Assembly: GCA_900544885.1 (NCBI GenBank)
Contig: UQWU01000002.1
Location: 23,057-87,056 of the forward strand
DNA: 64,000 bases
Direction: 5' to 3'
Source of the DNA: an uncultured Phascolarctobacterium sp.
Lineage (GTDB): Bacteria; Bacillota; Negativicutes; Acidaminococcales; Acidaminococcaceae
Under the pieces are notes generated by a model. That model was not told the DNA's origin and ran no database searches. It saw nothing but the letters and a program-made list of their open reading frames with translations. Both the position numbers and the translations under genes were made by a program. Below, in pieces: positions 1-9,281 of the stretch. The first letter of the stretch is position 1, and each line of letters starts with the position of its first letter.

Positions 1-1029
1 AGCCGATTACCTCCGTTTTCAGATTTTGTTTGTGCAAGTATTCTAAGGCGTTAGCAATACCATCTTTAGTACCACAAATTTCAACAATTAATGTACCGAA
101 GGAAACATCTTTTAATTGGTCGATATTGCCATAAAGGATGCTGATATCAACATCAAAATGTTTAACTAAGCCAGAGATAATCGGTTCTCCGGCCGAAGAA
201 CCGATGAAAGAAATGCGGGCAATTAACTTACTGCCGTCAGTATAGTTTTCACGAAGGTTTTTATTTTTAACCATTTTGGGGATTTCGGCATTGATAACAC
301 TTTTGGTAAATTCTTTAGTTGTAGGATGTTGCGGATTGGTGAAGACATCTACCATAGGGCCTTCTTCGATAATATTACCTGCTTCTATAACTGCAACGCG
401 ATCACAGATTGTTTTAACAACTTCCATTTGGTGAGTAATCATCACTATAGTAAGATTTAGTTTTTTATTAATGTCCTGCAAAAGTTCAAGGATAGATTTA
501 GTTGTTTGCGGATCTAAGGCAGAGGTTGCTTCATCACACAGCAATACCTTCGGATTGCTGGCAAGTGCACGGGCAATGCCTACACGTTGCTTTTGACCAC
601 CGGAGAGCTGGCTGGGATAGTAGTTAGCACGGCTTTCTAATTGTACCAACTCTAATAAAGGGCGTACACGCTTTTCTATTTCAGCCTTGCTTAAGCCTTG
701 GATTTCCAAAGGGAAAGCAATATTATCATAAACGGTACGACTAGTCAGCAGGTTAAAGTGTTGGAAAATCATACCGATGCTTTGACGTGTTTTACGCAGT
801 TGTGCGTCGTTCATAGCAGTAAGTTCTTCACCATCAACAAATACTTGTCCTGCTGTCGGTCTTTCAAGCATATTGATGCAGCGTACTAAGGTGGATTTAC
901 CTGCACCTGACAGACCGATAATACCAAAAATTTCACCGGCTTTAATGCTCAGATTGGTTGTGTTGAGTGCATGAATATCACCGGCTTTACTGTAGTAGGT
1001 TTTTTCTACATTTACTAGTTCTATCATAC
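1..1029 (-). CDS. metN: Methionine ABC transporter ATP-binding protein MetN. The start codon is at 1029 and the 3' end runs off the window edge.
   Basis: Reverse-strand translation starts MIELVNVEKTYYSKAGDIHALNTTNLSIKAGEIFGIIGLSGAGKSTL with Walker A. It continues through LSGGQKQRVGIARALA and ILLCDEATSALDP, then a C-terminal NIL-like domain (VKHFDVDISILYGNIDQLKDVSFGTLIVEICGTKDGI). The ORF is absent from the track because it is edge-truncated. Confidence 0.85.
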
Positions 1030-1107
1030 TAAAAGTCCTTTCTTGTGCGGATTTTGACCAAGCTTAATAAGAAATTCATTATTATAATTTGTGAGAGTGC
1101 GTTTTTG

Positions 1108-1262
1108 CTAAAAAAAAATCCTTCACCGTACAGTGAAGGATATATCTTGCGTATAGTATATCTTCATCTGCCGGATATTGTTCCGATGGAATTGGCACCG
1201 TTCGCAGAAGCGTGGTTGCCGTAGCGTCATAGGGCCATTCCCTCAGCTACTCTTGATGAAAT
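1108..1262 (-). promoter_or_regulatory. SAM-I (S-box) riboswitch with an intrinsic terminator expression platform, in the metN leader
   Basis: The minus-strand RNA reads UUCAUCAAGAGUAGCUGAGGGAAUGGCCCUAUGACGCUACGGCAACC...GGUGCCAAUUCC...GGCAGAUGAAG, matching the S-box consensus AUCAAGAG...GAGGGA.UGGCCC.AUGA...GCAACC...GGUGC.AA.UCC...GAUGA. It ends in the hairpin CCUUCACcguacaGUGAAGG followed by U9 (plus-strand 1110-1140). Confidence 0.85.
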
Positions 1263-1469
1263 TTCTATTAAGTTTAATGAAATTATTATACATTTATTTA
1301 GCATTGTTGTCAACAAAAAAATAGGTGCAAAAAGCTTTTCAAGAGAATAAATAAAGTATAAAAAATTCTTGACTTTCATAAGATAAAATATTAAAGTGTT
1401 TTTAGATAAGTTGATTTATAACTTCTTATTATATATACATACAAACTTACTACATATCGGAGGCTAAAA

Positions 1470-1802
1470 ATGTCTGCAAATCTTCATGACCATTTAACTG
1501 ACCAATTATTTAAAGCTGTTTTGAGCTTAAAGGACCAAGAGCAATGTTATAGATTTTTTGAGGATATCTGTACTATTAGTGAGCTTAAAGCTTTGGCACA
1601 ACGCTTGGAAGTGGCACGTATGCTTGATGAGGGTTGTATTTATGAAACCATAGTAGAAAAAACCGGTGCCAGCACTGCAACCATTTCCCGTGTTAAACGT
1701 TGCCTTGTTTATGGTGCAGATGGCTATCGCTCTGTTTTAGGCGTATTAGAAAATGATAATGATAAGAATACAGAAGCTGATGAAAAAGCGATGAAAAAAT
1801 AA
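1470..1802 (+). CDS. YerC/YecD-family TrpR-like putative DNA-binding protein
   Basis: The 110-aa ORF has an RBS ggaggctaaaaATG. Its ELKALAQRLEVARML...ETIVEKTGASTATISRVKRCL region resembles the Trp-repressor-like HTH of the YerC/YecD family. Confidence 0.6.
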   Translation: MSANLHDHLTDQLFKAVLSLKDQEQCYRFFEDICTISELKALAQRLEVARMLDEGCIYETIVEKTGASTATISRVKRCLVYGADGYRSVLGVLENDNDKNTEADEKAMKK

Positions 1803-1838
1803 GCTTTTTATTGAACATTAGGGAGAGGAAGAATTATA

Positions 1839-3032
1839 ATGAAAGATTTTTTTGTGCGTGAATGTCTTAAAAATCAAAATGATTATACAGTGGCAACTGT
1901 GAATGCGGATATTATTCTCAATGCTAATGAAAGTAACTATCCTCTGCCCGAAGAACTGGCGGAGAAGATGAGTAAAATTGCTGCTAATTTTCCGTTTCAT
2001 AGATATCCGCCTGTAAAAGCAGAAAACTTATGCGAGGTTATTGCGGAAGACTTGGATGTGGATCCTGAATGTATCCGTATCAGTAATGGTTCCAGTGATT
2101 TATTGGAGAAAGCGTGCTATGTATTCGGTGGAGAAGGAAGTAAAATTGCTATTCCGTATCCGTCCTTTGCTATGTACGGTGAATATGTGGGCTTAAGTGG
2201 TAGCGAGCCTTGCTATTATTCGCTAAACAATGAAGGTTTTATCGATGCAGATACTGTTATTGAGTTGTGCTTGCAGGAAAAGCCGTCTTTATTGATTATT
2301 TGTAATCCTAATAATCCGACTGGTAACTATAATTCTTTAGCTGTTATTGAAAAAATTATTTCTAGTGTCGAATGCCCGGTAATTTTGGACGAGGCATATA
2401 TGGAGTTTGCAGACGGTAAGGAAATGCCTCCTAATGATATGCGTCCTTTGCATAAGCTGTGGCTGGTAGCAGGCTCGGCATTGAGCCTGTTAGGCAGATA
2501 TAGTAATTTTATTGTGTTACGCACTTTTTCTAAAGCTTATGGTTTAGCAGGACTACGTTGCGGTTATGGGGCAGGGTCCTTGTTTTTGATGCGTCATTTG
2601 GGTAAAGCCATATTGCCATATCATGTTAATGCGTTTACTTTGTATATGGCAAAAATGGTTTATGAAAATAAAGAGCTGTATAAGGGACGTATTAAGACTA
2701 TTGATGAAGAACGAGATAAATTAGCGGCTTATTGCCGTAAGATGGGCTTTTATGTTTATCCTTCTTCAGCTAATTTCTTATTATTAAAGGCTGAGGGATT
2801 ATTAATGGAGCATATGGCGGCCAAATATGCTGCTGATTATGATGAAAGTATCGAGCAGCAGGAAGCCAGTGGTAAATTATTAGTAAGATATTTATTAGAA
2901 AACGGTATTTTAGTTAGTGATTTTTCGGCACATCCTGCTTTACAGGGGTGTGTACGTATTACTATCGGCGTACCGGAGGAAAATAAACAGCTGTTGAATC
3001 GCATCACCGAATTATGCGTTGCATTGGAATGA
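1839..3032 (+). CDS. Class I/II PLP-dependent aminotransferase of the HisC (histidinol-phosphate/aromatic aminotransferase) family
   Basis: The 397-aa ORF carries ILDEAYMEF and RTFSKAYGLAGLRCGYG, a PLP-lysine motif typical of HisC-like enzymes. There is an insertion of about 20 aa between these two motifs. Confidence 0.7.
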   Translation: MKDFFVRECLKNQNDYTVATVNADIILNANESNYPLPEELAEKMSKIAANFPFHRYPPVKAENLCEVIAEDLDVDPECIRISNGSSDLLEKACYVFGGEGSKIAIPYPSFAMYGEYVGLSGSEPCYYSLNNEGFIDADTVIELCLQEKPSLLIICNPNNPTGNYNSLAVIEKIISSVECPVILDEAYMEFADGKEMPPNDMRPLHKLWLVAGSALSLLGRYSNFIVLRTFSKAYGLAGLRCGYGAGSLFLMRHLGKAILPYHVNAFTLYMAKMVYENKELYKGRIKTIDEERDKLAAYCRKMGFYVYPSSANFLLLKAEGLLMEHMAAKYAADYDESIEQQEASGKLLVRYLLENGILVSDFSAHPALQGCVRITIGVPEENKQLLNRITELCVALE

Positions 3033-3062
3033 TACAGTTTTCCATGTAAATAATGACACAAT

Positions 3063-3106
3063 AAAATGGGGTTTACAGTTCTGTGCAACACCATTTTATT
3101 TTTTTA
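3063..3106 (+). terminator. Rho-independent terminator after the aminotransferase gene
   Basis: AAAATGGGGTT...AACACCATTTT forms an 11-bp stem with one mismatch, followed by a T8 run. Confidence 0.55.
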
Positions 3107-3207
3107 CATACAAAAGTGTAAGAATATAGTATAATGAGTTCATTCACATTTTCATAGAGTAAGTATTTAGCAAATAAAGATAAATATTGCAGGAAGAGAG
3201 GATTTTT

Positions 3208-3780
3208 ATGGACGAACAGAAGAAACAGATACCACAGCTTATTGAAGTAGAACCGATGCAGGATGGCTATCGCTGGGTAGCGATTACGGCAATGCTTCTG
3301 GCTATCGGTATTATTTTACATACAGTAAGCCCTAATGTGGGTGGTGTTACTCCTAACTGGACAATTGCCATGTATGCGATTGTTATTAATTTGACCAGAC
3401 TTAAATTAAAGCAGGCTATCGGTATAGGATTTATTGCAGGTCTGACTTTGGTACCGACTTCTAAATCTGCGTTTCCCTTGGGTAATGTTATTAGTGAAAT
3501 GTTTGGTGCAACCATCTGCTATTTACTGGTAGAGGCGATGTTCAAGGCTAAAATTGGTGAATGGAAGCTGCGTCCGTTTATTACAGGCTTTGTGGCTACT
3601 GTAACCAGTGGTGCTTTGTTTACCTATATTTTAAAGGTAGTTTTAGGTTTACCGTTGCATGTGTGGGTTTATGCAATGTTGCCCGTAGTAGCGATTATCG
3701 GATTGCTGAACGGCTTGATTACGTTCTTCCTTTATGCACCTGTGCGTAAATTATTTTATTTCCAGGAGGATGAAAAGTAA
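3208..3780 (+). CDS. ECF transporter substrate-specific (S) component, specificity unknown (possibly TrpP-like)
   Basis: The protein is about 190 aa with six predicted TM helices. It is immediately followed by ecfA, ecfA' and ecfT. The RBS GGAAGAGAGG sits 6 nt before the ATG at 3208. The track's TTG at 3187 lacks an RBS. Confidence 0.65.
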   Translation: MDEQKKQIPQLIEVEPMQDGYRWVAITAMLLAIGIILHTVSPNVGGVTPNWTIAMYAIVINLTRLKLKQAIGIGFIAGLTLVPTSKSAFPLGNVISEMFGATICYLLVEAMFKAKIGEWKLRPFITGFVATVTSGALFTYILKVVLGLPLHVWVYAMLPVVAIIGLLNGLITFFLYAPVRKLFYFQEDEK

Positions 3781-4649
3781 TGGAGCAAGTTATTGAATTA
3801 GAAAATTTTTATTTTGCATATAAAAAATCTGATTTAGTATTGCAAGATATTAGTTTAAAGGTAAAAAAAGGTAGCTTTACTATTATTACAGGACCTAGTG
3901 GTGCCGGTAAAACAACTTTATGTAAGGCAATGACGGGAATTGTTCCTTTTTATGTCGGCGGACGTTATAGTGGTGACGTAAAGCTGAATGGCGAAACAAC
4001 TAAAGGCAAACGTGTTGCGGATATTGCTATGCGTGTAGGTTTTATCATGGAAGACTATGAAAGCCAGATGGTTTCTCTGACCGCTGGAGAGGAAATCGCT
4101 TTTACACTCTTAAATCATGGTTTTGCTCAGGAAGAAATTGCTGAACGTACCAGCCGTGCCTTAGAGGATGTGGGCTTGCCTGATCGTGAAAGCTATCAAT
4201 TAGATGAGTTAAGTGGTGGGCAACGTCAACGTTTGCTGTTGGCGGCTACTTTAGCTGTGCACCCGGAAATCATTGTTTTGGATGAGCCTGTATCAGCTAT
4301 GGATCCTGATGGTGCGCAGACTCTATATAAATTGGTCTATGACATTCATCAACGTTATGGTACTACTATTGTAGTAGTTGAACATCGTACAGATTTTTTG
4401 TTGCCCTATGTTACAGATATGATAGTTCTAAAAGATGGTGAATTAGTAGCTTCTGACACTTTTGAAGCGGCAGCACCGAAGATGTATGAGGATACATCCT
4501 TGCGTCCTCTATTACCTACATTATGGCAGATTAAATTAGGTTTGCAGGAAAAGCTGGGCTTGGATTTAGGCGATTGGCGTAGTGAAAATGATGCTTTGGC
4601 TGATTTTAAAACCTTTAATCTTGGTGCTATTGAAGGAGGTAACGCATAA
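3780..4649 (+). CDS. ecfA1: ECF transporter ATPase subunit EcfA
   Basis: Walker A is GPSGAGKTT. The signature is LSGGQRQRLLLA and Walker B is IIVLDEP. Its start overlaps the S-component stop. Confidence 0.85.
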   Translation: MEQVIELENFYFAYKKSDLVLQDISLKVKKGSFTIITGPSGAGKTTLCKAMTGIVPFYVGGRYSGDVKLNGETTKGKRVADIAMRVGFIMEDYESQMVSLTAGEEIAFTLLNHGFAQEEIAERTSRALEDVGLPDRESYQLDELSGGQRQRLLLAATLAVHPEIIVLDEPVSAMDPDGAQTLYKLVYDIHQRYGTTIVVVEHRTDFLLPYVTDMIVLKDGELVASDTFEAAAPKMYEDTSLRPLLPTLWQIKLGLQEKLGLDLGDWRSENDALADFKTFNLGAIEGGNA

Positions 4650-5452
4650 TGTTAGAAGCAAAAAATGTTAATTTTGCGTATATGCGTGGACAGCCTGTTA
4701 TTAATGATTTAGATTGCTGCATCAAAGATGGAGAATTTGTTGCTCTTTTAGGTCATAATGGTAGTGGTAAGACGACTTTAAGTCGTTTGTTTATGGCTTT
4801 ATGTCATCCACGCAGTGGTCAGATTTTAATTGATGGTGAGGATATTGTTAAGTGTGAGCCTGCTGATTTGGCAGATAAAATCGGTTACGTTTTCCAAAAT
4901 CCTGATTTACAGATTTTAGAAGATACGGTTTTTGATGAAGTTGCTTATGGACCACGTGCTAAAAAGTTGACTGAGGAAACTATTCGTCGTCAAACTTTAG
5001 AAGCCTTAGATGCTATGGGAATGCTGAACTTACAAGGAGAATATCCGCGCCTGTTATCTTTCGGTCAGAAACGTCGCTTGGGTGTAGCTGCAGCTTTAGC
5101 TTTAAATCCACGCATTTTAATTTTAGATGAAATTACTAATGGTCAAGATGCTTTGGAAAAAGAGCGCATGATGGAATATTTAAAGGCTATTAACGAGCAG
5201 CGTGGTATTACTATAGTTTTAATTTCTCATGATATGGATATAGTGCGTCGCTTTGCAAAACGTGTTTTAGTATTGCATCGTGGTAATAAAGTTTTTGATG
5301 ATACGCCTAAGACTTTGTTTAACGGTGAATATCCTGTGGAACGTTGGGGGTTATGCCATCCTACAGTATCTTCCTTATCAGCAGCATTAGGTATTGATGC
5401 AGTTACTCCTGCAGAATTTGTGGCTGCTGTGGAGAGAAAGGGAGGGAAATAA
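4649..5452 (+). CDS. ecfA2: ECF transporter ATPase subunit EcfA'
   Basis: Walker A is GHNGSGKTT. The signature is SFGQKRRLGVAAALA and Walker B is ILILDE. It is translationally coupled to its neighbours through 1-nt overlaps. Confidence 0.85.
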   Translation: MLEAKNVNFAYMRGQPVINDLDCCIKDGEFVALLGHNGSGKTTLSRLFMALCHPRSGQILIDGEDIVKCEPADLADKIGYVFQNPDLQILEDTVFDEVAYGPRAKKLTEETIRRQTLEALDAMGMLNLQGEYPRLLSFGQKRRLGVAAALALNPRILILDEITNGQDALEKERMMEYLKAINEQRGITIVLISHDMDIVRRFAKRVLVLHRGNKVFDDTPKTLFNGEYPVERWGLCHPTVSSLSAALGIDAVTPAEFVAAVERKGGK

Positions 5453-6123
5453 TGCGTTTAACAGCTTTTACTCAAATTATTGTGACGTTAGCAATTACTG
5501 CATGGGTTTTTATTTTACCTGTGGAAGCAGTAGCAACCATTTTAGTTTTAGAATTAGCCCTATTACTATATATTAAGCATGATCGTATGACTATGGCTGC
5601 TATAGGTGGCTTAGCTGTTTTTACCGGGATGATGATTTTATTGCAATTATTATTTGCAACTCCATTAGAAACAGCCTTGATAGGCGGTCTACGCATGTTA
5701 GTAATGACCATGGCTTTTTTATGCCTTTTGGCGGCTACGCGTATTCAGGATATTGCCAAAGCTTTAGTAGATCGTTTTCATTTACCTTGTGAATATGCTT
5801 TTATGCTTACTACTGCGTTACGTTTTGTGCCTAATTTCCTAACAGATAGTGCAATTACTTTAGATGCGCAAAGTTGCCGTGGTTACTCTAATCGTGGCAA
5901 TGTTATCAAGCGTTTTTTAGCATATTTAGTAGTCATTCGTCCGTTGGTTATGCGTGCTGTTGCTAAATCAGAAACTTTGGCACTGTCTATGGAGTTGAAA
6001 GGCTTTGGTAGTAATACTTATAAAAATATGCGTCCTGAACCTTTAAAGGTATCGGATATTTTTGTTCTTATTTTAGTTATTGTTCTTAGCTTCTACCCTT
6101 TTTGGAAAGATTTTTTAAAATGA
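5452..6123 (+). CDS. ecfT: ECF transporter transmembrane (T) component EcfT/CbiQ family
   Basis: This 223-aa polytopic membrane protein follows the two ATPases. Its ARG-containing loop (AAT RIQDIAKAL...ALRFVP) resembles the EcfT coupling helices. Confidence 0.75.
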   Translation: MRLTAFTQIIVTLAITAWVFILPVEAVATILVLELALLLYIKHDRMTMAAIGGLAVFTGMMILLQLLFATPLETALIGGLRMLVMTMAFLCLLAATRIQDIAKALVDRFHLPCEYAFMLTTALRFVPNFLTDSAITLDAQSCRGYSNRGNVIKRFLAYLVVIRPLVMRAVAKSETLALSMELKGFGSNTYKNMRPEPLKVSDIFVLILVIVLSFYPFWKDFLK

Positions 6124-6133
6124 TTTTAGAAAA

Positions 6134-6172
6134 CGAAAAAAGCGTCTGCTGTTTAGCAGACGCTTTCTTGTT
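6134..6172. terminator. Bidirectional rho-independent terminator between convergent ecfT (+) and the LTXXQ gene (-)
   Basis: The perfect 10-bp stem AGCGTCTGCT gttt AGCAGACGCT is flanked by an A run upstream and a T-rich run downstream. Confidence 0.8.
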
Positions 6173-6199
6173 ATTTAGAGAAGAAAGGATATGTATTGT

Positions 6200-6856
6200 T
6201 TAAGCTACTTTAGTAGCTGTAACTTCTTGTGCTTGTTTTTGAGCACGCATTTCTTGTTTATGATGTTTTTTATGACCATGATTATATTTTTTCGGAGTAT
6301 TAGCACGGATTGCAGCACGTTGTTCCGGAGTCATTTGCTGCATTTTTTCATGGCGTGCTTGACGGGCTGCCATATCTTCTTTTAAGAAGTTTTCTACTTC
6401 AACACGTTGTTCCGGAGTAAGTTTGGCCATGGTTTCTTTGGCACGTTGGTCGTGGCGTGCTTGTCTTTCCATCATTTCTTTGTGACGTTGCTTCATATTT
6501 TCGATGAAGGCTTGTTTTTGCTCCGGAGTCATATCTTTAGTCATGACTGTAAAAATTTCTTGTCCAGCTGCTTTACGTTGCTCCGGAGTCATATCTTTCC
6601 ATTGGCCACGGTATTTATCAACAACTTTACGCTGCTCTGGAGTCAATTTCAAGTTTTTGTGATGACGCATGCCGGGTTGCGGGCATGGTTTATTGTCTTT
6701 TGCGGGACAAACTGTATTATCTTCGTTTAAAATAGCATTGACACGTTCTTTCATAGTCGGAGCCGGTGCGTTTTCAACTGCGGGAGCAGCAAAAGCTTGT
6801 GCAGAAAGTGCGGTTAACATGGTACCGATAATAAGAGCTCTTTTGAAATTCAACAT
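6200..6856 (-). CDS. Periplasmic LTXXQ-motif protein (CpxP/Spy/ZraP family-like) with a His-rich C-terminal tail
   Basis: The signal peptide is MLNFKRALIIGTMLTALSAQAFAAP. There are five (L/M)TPEQ(R/K) repeats (LKLTPEQRKVV, DMTPEQRKAA, DMTPEQKQAF, KLTPEQRVEV, QMTPEQRAAI). The C-terminus is KKYNHGHKKHHKQEMRAQKQ. Matching internal DNA repeats (ttgctccggagtcatatcttt occurs twice) are present. Confidence 0.7.
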   Translation of the reverse strand: MLNFKRALIIGTMLTALSAQAFAAPAVENAPAPTMKERVNAILNEDNTVCPAKDNKPCPQPGMRHHKNLKLTPEQRKVVDKYRGQWKDMTPEQRKAAGQEIFTVMTKDMTPEQKQAFIENMKQRHKEMMERQARHDQRAKETMAKLTPEQRVEVENFLKEDMAARQARHEKMQQMTPEQRAAIRANTPKKYNHGHKKHHKQEMRAQKQAQEVTATKVA

Positions 6857-6930
6857 ATTATTTCACTCCTTTGATATTTCAGCATTGATTTTAACTTTGC
6901 TTATATCATACATGAGAGGTATGGCTTTTG

Positions 6931-6975
6931 TGTGTCAAAATAATAAAAAAAGGACAAAATATTTGTCATATTTTC
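6931..6975. promoter_or_regulatory. Divergent promoter region with direct repeats, a candidate response-regulator binding site
   Basis: TGTCAAAAT (6933-6941), GGACAAAAT (6952-6960) and TTTGTCATAT (6963-6972) lie about two helical turns apart. They sit between the divergent LTXXQ gene and the response-regulator gene. A -10-like TATATAAT lies near 6991-7006. Confidence 0.35.
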
Positions 6976-7054
6976 ACCACATTTTTCGCTTAGTATATAA
7001 TATAATAAAGTAAGCAAGAAATGTTTTGAACATAGACGAAAGGGGCTTGAAATT

Positions 7055-7744
7055 ATGAAAACGATTTTGATTGCCGATGATAATAAACAGATTACCATGA
7101 TTTTGTCCAGCTATGTAAAAAAAGAGGGATGGGAGCCGCTCGTTGCTTTAGATGGTAACGAAGCTTTAGAACTTTTTGAAGCACATAAAAATGAAATCGT
7201 TGCTGTTTTATTAGATGTAATGATGCCAGGTGTTGATGGATTTGAAGTATGCCGACGTTTGCGCAAAACATCCATGGTTCCTATTATTATGATTACTGCT
7301 CGTGGTGAAGATTATGATAAAATCATGGGTTTGGATATAGGTGCAGATGATTATGTTATTAAGCCGTTTTCTGCCAGTGAGGTGATGGCACGTATTAGAG
7401 CAGTGTTACGTCGCTTGAATATGCAGGAGCCGGAATCTAAGAATACCTTGACTTATGGTAATCTTTTTATCAATATCGATAAATATGAAGTTCAGATTGA
7501 TGGTGCTGATGTGCCTTTGACAAAAAAAGAAATCGAATTATTATGGACTTTGGCTAAAAATAATACTAAAGTTTTCAGTCGTGATAATTTGTTAGACAGT
7601 ATATGGGGTTGTGATTATTTTGGTGATAGTCGTACTGTAGATTCGCATATCAAAAGATTACGTGCGAAAGTAGATAAGTATGAACATTCTACTTGGGAAA
7701 TCAAGACTATTTGGGGTGTCGGTTATCGCTTTGAGGTAAAGTAG
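7055..7744 (+). CDS. OmpR/PhoB-family response regulator (receiver plus winged-helix domains)
   Basis: The receiver domain has ILIADDN, a phospho-acceptor Asp in LLDVMMPGVDG, and T/K motifs. The C-terminal trans_reg_C domain has VDSHIKRLRAKV...GVGYRF. Confidence 0.9.
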   Translation: MKTILIADDNKQITMILSSYVKKEGWEPLVALDGNEALELFEAHKNEIVAVLLDVMMPGVDGFEVCRRLRKTSMVPIIMITARGEDYDKIMGLDIGADDYVIKPFSASEVMARIRAVLRRLNMQEPESKNTLTYGNLFINIDKYEVQIDGADVPLTKKEIELLWTLAKNNTKVFSRDNLLDSIWGCDYFGDSRTVDSHIKRLRAKVDKYEHSTWEIKTIWGVGYRFEVK

Positions 7745-7745
7745 G

Positions 7746-9281
7746 ATGAAAAACCGTATTGCCGTTAAGTTAATGTTCTATTTTTCAAGTGTTTTATTAA
7801 TTTTTGCGTTATTGATAGGTGGTTTATTTTACCAATTATTTAAGCAACATACTATTGAGATAAAAAAACAATCTATGATTGTGCAGTCGCAAAAAATTGC
7901 TGCCGTTATTAGTGATAACATGCACTTTTTAGAAAAACGTTATGGCGACGGGATTTCTAATAGTAGGTTTATCAAGTATTTAGATAATGTTTCACGGGAT
8001 ATGGTTTGGGTAGTAGATAGTGAGCGTAATCTTAATGTTAATAAAGAGCGGATGCGGGAGCAAATGCGTAAACATCATGATAAAGGTATAAGGATGCCTA
8101 ATCAGCCTCGCAATGCTAAAGATGCTTATAATAAACTGCCGGAACATATCAAAGACAAAGTTGAGCAAGGTTTTAAAGGTGAACGCTTTATTATCGAAGA
8201 GTATAATTCTTGGTTAAATGAATTTATGATTACTGTGGGTGAACCTGTATATGATGAGCATGGAGAGGTTAAAGCAGTATTATTATTACATTCTCCTGTA
8301 CAAGGACTACACGATGCTGTGTGGTCGGGATTAAGAATATTAATGTTGAGCGTTTTAGCAGCTTTGGTTTTAGGATTGTTTTTAAGTATTATTTTAAGCT
8401 GGCGTTTTACGAAACCTTTGAATTTGATGAACGACAATGCAGCGTTATTGGCAGAACGTAATTATAGTGTACGTAATAATATTACTCAAAAAGATGAAAT
8501 AGGTGCCTTAGCACAAACGTTAGATGTTTTGGCAGAACGCTTGCAATTAGCAGATGAAGAAAGCCAGAAGCTAGAAAAGCTGCGTCGCGAATTTATTGCT
8601 AATATTTCGCATGAGCTGCGGACACCTGTAACGGTAATTCGAGGTAGCTTGGAAGCATTGCGAGATGGTGTGATAACGGAAAAAGAAGAAGTAAATGAAT
8701 TCCACGAGCAGATGTATAAGGAAAGCATTTTCTTGCAGCGTCTGATAAATGATTTATTGGATTTATCCCGTTTACAGAATACTGATTTCCCTATCGAAAA
8801 AAGTGCGCTTAATTTCTGTGATGTAGTTCAGGATGCTGTACGTGGTTCACGTCGCATAGGTATGGAAAAACATATCCAGGTTAAAGCAGATTTGGATGCA
8901 GATTTATACATGTTAGATGGCGACTATGGTAGATTAAGGCAGATGTTGATGATTTTCCTGCATAACAGTATTAAATTCTCTCCTGAGGGCGGAGAAATTA
9001 TGTTGCACTTAAAGTCAGGCTGGCTACAGATTATTGACCATGGCTGTGGCATGAATGCAGAAGAGTTACCACATGCTTTTGACAGATTTTACAAAGCACG
9101 TAATGAGCATAATAAAACAGGCAGTGGCTTAGGCTTGGCCATTGCTAAACAGATTGCTCTGCGTCATGATATGGGATTAAGTGTTGAAAGTGAAAAAGGC
9201 AAGGGGACAACGATTAATATTATTTTGCCGCCTGCATTAACTGCAGAAGAATTGGCGAAAATGGAGGAACAGCATGATTAA
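7746..9281 (+). CDS. Sensor histidine kinase with two TM helices, a periplasmic sensor of about 150 aa, HAMP, HisKA and HATPase_c domains
   Basis: The H-box is ANISHELRTPVT. The N-box is IFLHNSIKFS. The G-boxes are DHGCGM and GSGLGLAIAKQI. Confidence 0.9.
   Translation: MKNRIAVKLMFYFSSVLLIFALLIGGLFYQLFKQHTIEIKKQSMIVQSQKIAAVISDNMHFLEKRYGDGISNSRFIKYLDNVSRDMVWVVDSERNLNVNKERMREQMRKHHDKGIRMPNQPRNAKDAYNKLPEHIKDKVEQGFKGERFIIEEYNSWLNEFMITVGEPVYDEHGEVKAVLLLHSPVQGLHDAVWSGLRILMLSVLAALVLGLFLSIILSWRFTKPLNLMNDNAALLAERNYSVRNNITQKDEIGALAQTLDVLAERLQLADEESQKLEKLRREFIANISHELRTPVTVIRGSLEALRDGVITEKEEVNEFHEQMYKESIFLQRLINDLLDLSRLQNTDFPIEKSALNFCDVVQDAVRGSRRIGMEKHIQVKADLDADLYMLDGDYGRLRQMLMIFLHNSIKFSPEGGEIMLHLKSGWLQIIDHGCGMNAEELPHAFDRFYKARNEHNKTGSGLGLAIAKQIALRHDMGLSVESEKGKGTTINIILPPALTAEELAKMEEQHD

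Noticed and set aside
698-889. 63-aa plus-strand ORF
   Set aside because: It lies entirely inside metN on the opposite strand.
1803-1838. T-box or other leader RNA upstream of the aminotransferase
   Set aside because: The gap is only 36 nt. There is no specifier or antiterminator structure.
3187-3207. TTG start proposed by the ORF track for the ECF S component
   Set aside because: The RBS GGAAGAGAGG is positioned for the ATG at 3208, not the TTG at 3187.
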